12,401 nt of DNA from Archangium sp. GTDB taxonomy: Bacteria > Myxococcota > Myxococcia > Myxococcales > Myxococcaceae. Both the position numbers and the translations under genes were made by a program. Below are positions 8,018 to 12,401 of this stretch, piece after piece. Each line of letters opens with the position of its first letter. Within the stretch, counting starts at the first letter, position 1. The DNA lies in assembly GCA_031367385.1 (NCBI GenBank), contig JANLPS010000216.1, positions 1-12,401 of the forward strand, written 5' to 3'. The notes beneath the pieces were generated by a model that had not been told where the DNA came from, did not search any database, and saw only the letters and a program-made list of their open reading frames with translations.

Positions 8018-9364
8018 ATGATGAATGAAAAGTCGAAGAAAACCAGGGTAGGCCTGGCGAGTTTGAATCCAAAGGCGGCAGGAATCGACCTTGGGTCCAA
8101 GACGCATTGGGTTGCGATTCCACCGGGCAGCGCAGACGAGACGGTCCGTTCGTTTGATTGCTTCACGACCGACCTCGAGAAGATGGCGAGTTGGCTTCGC
8201 GAGCACGGAATCACTACCGTCGCGATGGAGTCGACCGGCGTGTACTGGATTCCGGTTTTCGAAATGTTGGCGACTCGCGGCTTCGACGTGCAGCTTGTCA
8301 GCACGAAACACCTCAAGGGCGTGCCGGGCAGAAAGACCGACGTGCTCGACTGCCAGTGGATTCAACATCTGCACGAATGCGGCTTGCTGCGTGGCTCGTT
8401 TCGACCGGAAGACGCCATTTGTGTCGTGCGTGGCTATGTCCGTCATCGAGACACGCTGACGGAAGAGGCATCGAAGTACCTTCTGCGCATGCAGAAGTCG
8501 CTCGACCAGATGAACATCCATCTGCACAAGGTGCTCAGCGACCTCACTGGTAAGACAGGCATGGCCATCCTCGACGCGATTCTTGCGGGTGAGCGCGACG
8601 CAATGAAGTTGGCAGAGCTTCGCGACTACAGATGTCGCACACCCGAAAGCATCATCATCAAGGCTTTGTCGGGCAACTTCAGAGAAGAGCATCTGTTTTG
8701 CCTGCGGCAAAACCTCGACGCGTACCGTTTCGTGCAAGCGCAAATCGACGTCTGCAACTCAGAGATTCTCGTGCGGATGAAAGCCTTTCAGAACAAAGCG
8801 GGCGAGCTCACTCCGCCACCGCCGAAGAATAAGCGAGACAATGGCGAGGTGCGGCTCGCACTCTTTCGCGCCGCCGGCGCCGATTTGTCGCTCATCCCTG
8901 GGCTCGGCTCGAAGAATTTGCAGACGCTCTTCGCTGAAGTCGGCTTCGACCTTCAAAAATTTCCGAGCGAAAAGGCCTTCGCGGCCTGGGCTTCGCTCGC
9001 ACCCAAAAACAACATCACCGGTGGGAAGCAACGCCGAGGTCCGCGCACGACTTCTTCGACCAGTCGTGTCGCTCAAGCCTTTCGCATAGCCGCCCAAACA
9101 CTCGCCAATAGCCGCTCTGCCCTCGGCGCCTTCTATCGACGCATGCGTGGCCGCAAAGGCCCCACCTTCGCCAATGCAGTCACCGCTCACAAAATCGCGA
9201 AGCTCTTCTATCGAATGATGAAGCACGGCGACCAGTACAAGGACCCAGGCGTCGACTTCTACGAGCAAAGGTACAAGGCACAGCGCAAAACCTCAGCGCT
9301 CAAGACACTCGCAAGCCTCGGTTTTCACGCCACCCTGCGGGAGATTCCGAGCACTGTTCCTTAG
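8018..9364 (+). CDS. IS110-family transposase/recombinase (RuvC-like DEDD domain plus C-terminal Tnp domain)
   Basis: GID24LG, AME71STGVYW and KTD108VLD111 form an intact DEDD tetrad. The C-terminal domain has IPGLG...FPSEKAFAAWASLAP...ITGGK...AHKIAKLFYRMM. GAGAG at 8006-8010 is a possible RBS. No frameshifts or internal stops. Confidence 0.97.
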   Translation: MMNEKSKKTRVGLASLNPKAAGIDLGSKTHWVAIPPGSADETVRSFDCFTTDLEKMASWLREHGITTVAMESTGVYWIPVFEMLATRGFDVQLVSTKHLKGVPGRKTDVLDCQWIQHLHECGLLRGSFRPEDAICVVRGYVRHRDTLTEEASKYLLRMQKSLDQMNIHLHKVLSDLTGKTGMAILDAILAGERDAMKLAELRDYRCRTPESIIIKALSGNFREEHLFCLRQNLDAYRFVQAQIDVCNSEILVRMKAFQNKAGELTPPPPKNKRDNGEVRLALFRAAGADLSLIPGLGSKNLQTLFAEVGFDLQKFPSEKAFAAWASLAPKNNITGGKQRRGPRTTSSTSRVAQAFRIAAQTLANSRSALGAFYRRMRGRKGPTFANAVTAHKIAKLFYRMMKHGDQYKDPGVDFYEQRYKAQRKTSALKTLASLGFHATLREIPSTVP

Positions 9365-9381
9365 GAGCGAAGTCGAAGGAC
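9365..9381. repeat. Right half of the disrupted REP-like repeat (GAGC-GAAGTCGAAGGAC)
   Basis: 9365-9376 is identical to 874-885. AGGAC (9377-9381) is the reverse complement of GTCCT (7730-7734) and closes the palindrome of the empty site. Confidence 0.9.
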
Positions 9382-9390
9382 CCGCTCCCC

Positions 9391-9427
9391 AACCCTCTCT
9401 CCTTCACTGGGGAGGGGGTTTTCTTTT
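9391..9427 (+). terminator. Probable intrinsic terminator (originally for fusA)
   Basis: AACCCTCTCTCC-TTCACT-GGGGAGGGGGTT forms a 12-bp stem (2 G:U pairs) followed by TTCTTTT. Confidence 0.75.
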
Positions 9428-9475
9428 GAAGAATCAATGCAGCACTTTCGGGCCGGCCCTCTCATCAAGGCACCT

Positions 9476-11374
9476 ATGCGATTTCAGCTGATTGTGACCT
9501 TTGCGATGCTGCTGGCAGCGGGCTGCTTTCAAGGAGCGACCGAGTTCAAGTGCGACCCGGTGACCGGGCAAGACTGCGACGGCACCCGCGATGGAGGCAA
9601 GACCGGGTCGCCTGACGGCGCGGTGATGGGTGACGCAGGAGCGCTGGCGGGCGACGCCGGCACCTCGGGAGGCGACGCCGGCACCTCGGGAGGCGACGCA
9701 GGCACTGTGGAGTGCGTCGACAAGTACGACTGCCCCTTCAAGGCCGACAGCCTCATCACGTGCATCGAAAACCGGTGCGTGTACACGCACGACGACGCGG
9801 GCGCCCCTCCGTCGCACCTGAACGATGGCGGCGCTGTCACCCGCCGCGATGCCGGCAGCGTGCAGCCCAACCCCCAGGCCGAGCTGGCGGTCGACCGCCT
9901 CGAGGTGACCTTCGGCCGCGAGTTCGGCAGCGCCACCTGGCTGGGCACCGCACCCCAGGAGACCCTGCTGCTCACCAACATCGGGCTCACCGCCCTGACC
10001 ATCACCTCGGCGACGGTTCAAGGCGCCGACGCCGCGGCCTTCACCCTGAGCCGGCCCACGCTGACCCCCTCTCTGGCGCTGTATGAGCAGACCTTCATTC
10101 GGGTCATTTTCACGCCCACGGCGGGGCGCTCGTACGCCGCGACGCTCACCATCGCCTCAGACGGAGTCAACCCATCGATCACCGTGCCGCTGACCGGCCG
10201 TGGCATCGCACCGGCGTCTCCCGCGAGCCACGGCTTGTACGACAACCCCGAGTGCCTGGGGTCTGACCGCTGCTTCACGCCCGTCGAGACCGGTGGAGGC
10301 TGCGGCAGCAACTCGGCCGTCTGGGTCGGGTACCTCGAAGATCGCTCCCTGGCCTACCGCGACGATGCCGACGGCGACGGCGCGGCCGATGACGTCGACA
10401 ACTGCCCGTACGCGAGCAACCGAGATCAACTCGACGCCGACGGTGATGGCGTCGGCAACAGCTGCGACAACTGCGCGGCGGCGAGCAACATTCTTCAAGC
10501 TGACCTCGATGGCGATGGCGCGGGCGACCTCTGCGACGCCGACCTCGATGGTGACGGCATCGCCAACGCGGTCGACAACTGCCCTTCTCTGCCGAACCCG
10601 AGCCAGGCCGACCTCGACAACGACGCCGCGGGAAACCGCTGCGACGCCGACGCCGATGGCGATGGGTTTCCAAACGTCTCCGACGTCTGCCCGCTTCTCG
10701 CTCACACGCCGAACGAGGTCGTGCTCGACAACAACGGCATGGTGCACCCCCAGTGCAACCCCGACGTTGACGGCGACGGCGTCGGAGATGCCACTGACAA
10801 TTGCCCCGACGTGGCAAACACGAATCAGCTCGACACCGACGGAGATGTGCTCGGCGACGTCTGCGACCGCGACATCGACGGCGATGGCGTTCTTAACCTG
10901 GCCGACAACTGCTCGAAGGTGGCCAACCGAGACCAGCGTGACGATGACGGCGATGGCATCGGCGACGCCTGCGACGCGAAGTATTGCTTCGTCGTCGACC
11001 CCTCGAACCGCGCAGACTGCCTCGACCCCCAGGGGCCCTTTCGAGTGCACAGCGGCGGCAGCTTTTCGCTGCGCACCGGCGAGTCGGTTCGGTTGCCCTT
11101 CTTCGCCAATCGCAATGGCGCGGGCATCACGTTCATCTGGACGATCAGCAAGCGCCCGGCTGCCAGCCTCGCCGCGGTCGACCAGCCCACTGGCTCGGTG
11201 GTGCTGAGCAGGCACTTCACCTACGCGTACCCAGACCGGCAGGTGCCGTTCTTCACGCCCGACGTCGCCGGCGACTACACACTGCAGCTGCAATCAACGC
11301 TCACCATTGCCGACCGGGTGTACCCTGATCAGAAGCAATCGGTCTCAGCGATGATCATCCACGCCACGCCCTGA
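9476..11374 (+). CDS. Lipoprotein with Ig-like (ASH/choice-of-anchor D-like) domain and thrombospondin type 3 Ca-binding repeats, MtsC-like C-terminal part
   Basis: Start taken as ATG 9476 (AAGG upstream, MRFQLIVTFAMLLAAGC lipobox). LLLTNIG..LTIT...F...VIFTP....Y.ATLTI.SD....VPLTGRG is Ig-like. Many DxDGDGxGDxCDNCP/NxDQxD repeats. The MtsC resemblance is from memory, not from a search. Confidence 0.88.
   Translation: MRFQLIVTFAMLLAAGCFQGATEFKCDPVTGQDCDGTRDGGKTGSPDGAVMGDAGALAGDAGTSGGDAGTSGGDAGTVECVDKYDCPFKADSLITCIENRCVYTHDDAGAPPSHLNDGGAVTRRDAGSVQPNPQAELAVDRLEVTFGREFGSATWLGTAPQETLLLTNIGLTALTITSATVQGADAAAFTLSRPTLTPSLALYEQTFIRVIFTPTAGRSYAATLTIASDGVNPSITVPLTGRGIAPASPASHGLYDNPECLGSDRCFTPVETGGGCGSNSAVWVGYLEDRSLAYRDDADGDGAADDVDNCPYASNRDQLDADGDGVGNSCDNCAAASNILQADLDGDGAGDLCDADLDGDGIANAVDNCPSLPNPSQADLDNDAAGNRCDADADGDGFPNVSDVCPLLAHTPNEVVLDNNGMVHPQCNPDVDGDGVGDATDNCPDVANTNQLDTDGDVLGDVCDRDIDGDGVLNLADNCSKVANRDQRDDDGDGIGDACDAKYCFVVDPSNRADCLDPQGPFRVHSGGSFSLRTGESVRLPFFANRNGAGITFIWTISKRPAASLAAVDQPTGSVVLSRHFTYAYPDRQVPFFTPDVAGDYTLQLQSTLTIADRVYPDQKQSVSAMIIHATP
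9629..9705 (+). repeat. In-frame 21-bp tandem repeat (GDAGTSG), about 3.7 units
   Basis: GGCGACGCCGGCACCTCGGGA is exact at 9650-9670 and 9671-9691, degenerate at 9629-9649 and partial at 9692-9705. Confidence 0.9.
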
Positions 11375-11381
11375 CTTCGAG

Positions 11382-12401
11382 TCACTTCGCGACGGTGCGG
11401 CTCCACATCGTCAGCACCGCGCGCACCACGGCCCCCGGAGGCGTTTCGGCGACCGGTGGCAGCTCGACCTTGATGCCGTTGCCGACCAGCTTGTTGAACG
11501 GGTTGGCCGGGTCGGCCGACTTGAGTGGCACGGTGGGGTCTGAGGGTCGAAACCCGAGGCGCAGCGCCTGCTCCTGCATCGGGCGGCTCCTCAAGAAGGC
11601 GACCCATTTTCGGGCGGCGGCCTTCTGCTCTGGCGTCGCGGCCGAGAAGAGCGCGACCGGGTGGTCGCTCCACACCGTCAAGTCTGGGTAGTACACATGC
11701 AGGTCGCCCCACCGGCCCTGGGCGTTCTCGACCTGGGCGATGGCGAGGTTCTCGTACACCACGGCGATGTCGTATTTGCTCGGCCCGTACAGCACCATCT
11801 CGGTCATGAAGGTGCCGGTCGAGGTCTCGAACTTGGTGACCCCCTTCTCGGTCTCTTTGATGAAGGTCTGGTAGTCGGCGTTGAGCACGTCGCCGACCTC
11901 GAGGCCTCCGCGCTTGCCGTAGAACTCGAGCGTCATCAGCAGCAGGGCTTGCAAGCCCGAGTTCGAGCGCGTTGGGTCGGTGTGGCCGAGCTTGACGAAG
12001 CCCCACTCCTTGTTGCCGCCCACCGCGGGCCAGCCTTGCGGCGAGGCGACCGCTTTGTGAATCGCCTTCCAATTCACCACGCCGCCACCTGACTTCTGCA
12101 GCGCCTGGGCGCGGTCAGCCCACGCCACCCACACCAGCGGAGTGAGCACCAGGGGCCTCGGCGCATCATCACCGGCCTCCCACAGCGAGCCATTGCCACG
12201 GGCGCGGTAATCGGAGTCGGCCAGGGCCAACACCGTCGAGTCGGCAGGGCTCCAGAGCGTGGGCTTGACCTTACCGTCAGCGACGGCCGCTGCTGAGTCG
12301 AGTGACCCTTGGGCCTGCAGGGTCAGCTTGATGCCTGGCTCTGCCTGACGAAAGGCCGCCGCGCAGAAGTCGATCCACTCCTTCTTCTCGGTCGAGTACA
12401 A
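11382..12401 (-). CDS. Extracellular solute-binding-type protein (of the kind often found with VWA-domain genes), 5' end outside the window
   Basis: Open frame to the window edge: YSTEKKEW, GSLDS, PTLWSPADS, PLVLTPLV, KLGHTDPTRSNSGL, AVVYENLAI, YYP..TVWSDHP, FLRS...Q..AL..GFRP. The ORF track's first Met is probably an artefact of the window edge. Confidence 0.8.
   Translation of the reverse strand: MYSTEKKEWIDFCAAAFRQAEPGIKLTLQAQGSLDSAAAVADGKVKPTLWSPADSTVLALADSDYRARGNGSLWEAGDDAPRPLVLTPLVWVAWADRAQALQKSGGGVVNWKAIHKAVASPQGWPAVGGNKEWGFVKLGHTDPTRSNSGLQALLLMTLEFYGKRGGLEVGDVLNADYQTFIKETEKGVTKFETSTGTFMTEMVLYGPSKYDIAVVYENLAIAQVENAQGRWGDLHVYYPDLTVWSDHPVALFSAATPEQKAAARKWVAFLRSRPMQEQALRLGFRPSDPTVPLKSADPANPFNKLVGNGIKVELPPVAETPPGAVVRAVLTMWSRTVAK

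Larger units (their letters stand above)
7739..9368 (+). mobile_element. IS110-family insertion sequence, 1630 bp counting one GAGC copy
   Basis: Left junction TCCT-GAGC-AGGGGGAC, right junction CCTTAG-GAGC-GAAGTCGA. Removing the element restores the repeat seen at 863-885. DEDD transposase, long non-coding left end, no long terminal inverted repeats, visibly more A/T-rich codon usage than flanking genes. The crossover point within GAGC cannot be resolved. Confidence 0.95.

Noticed and set aside
7958..8743. 261-aa ORF antisense to the transposase
   Set aside because: No recognisable domain and fully explained as a shadow frame.
10360..10980. Recurrent GACGGCGACGGC/GACAACTGC DNA motifs
   Set aside because: Explained by the protein-level TSP3 repeats, with synonymous variation between units.
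10157..11293. 378-aa minus-strand and 335-aa alternate-frame ORFs
   Set aside because: Shadows of the TSP3-repeat gene.
11373..11379. GACTTCG as a third, reverse copy of the REP-like repeat
   Set aside because: Only 7 bp match and the flanks do not continue the repeat.

Overview
GC-rich bacterial DNA, probably Myxococcota/deltaproteobacterial (inferred from the spd-type EF-G, the Cys/Gly-rich 'DGG/DAG' lipoproteins and a thrombospondin-repeat protein). Left to right on the minus strand: an EamA/DMT transporter (partial, missing from the ORF track), a beta-propeller-like lipoprotein, a Tat-signal amidase and a Gly/Cys-rich lipoprotein. On the plus strand: a small hypothetical gene, a stand-alone fusA (EF-G), an intact IS110-family element and a TSP3-repeat lipoprotein. 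A partial solute-binding-type gene converges from the right. The main signal is the IS110 element (7739-9364 between two copies of GAGC). It has split a short palindromic REP-like repeat directly after the fusA stop, and an uninterrupted 23/23-bp copy of that repeat at 863-885 fixes the IS ends. The ~280-bp non-coding left end contains, in order, a copy of the target-left sequence (TCCTGAGC), a 12-bp perfect hairpin and a copy of the donor-left sequence (TTAGGAG), each guide-like segment in a stem-flanked internal loop. This is the layout expected of a bridge RNA for RNA-guided recombination. Bridge RNAs are already known (IS621). The features here that look different are the multi-branch fold, right-hand guides apparently offset from the core, a Thr at the expected catalytic Ser position and a right end lying wholly inside the transposase ORF. 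All RNA structure was worked out by eye, not computed.
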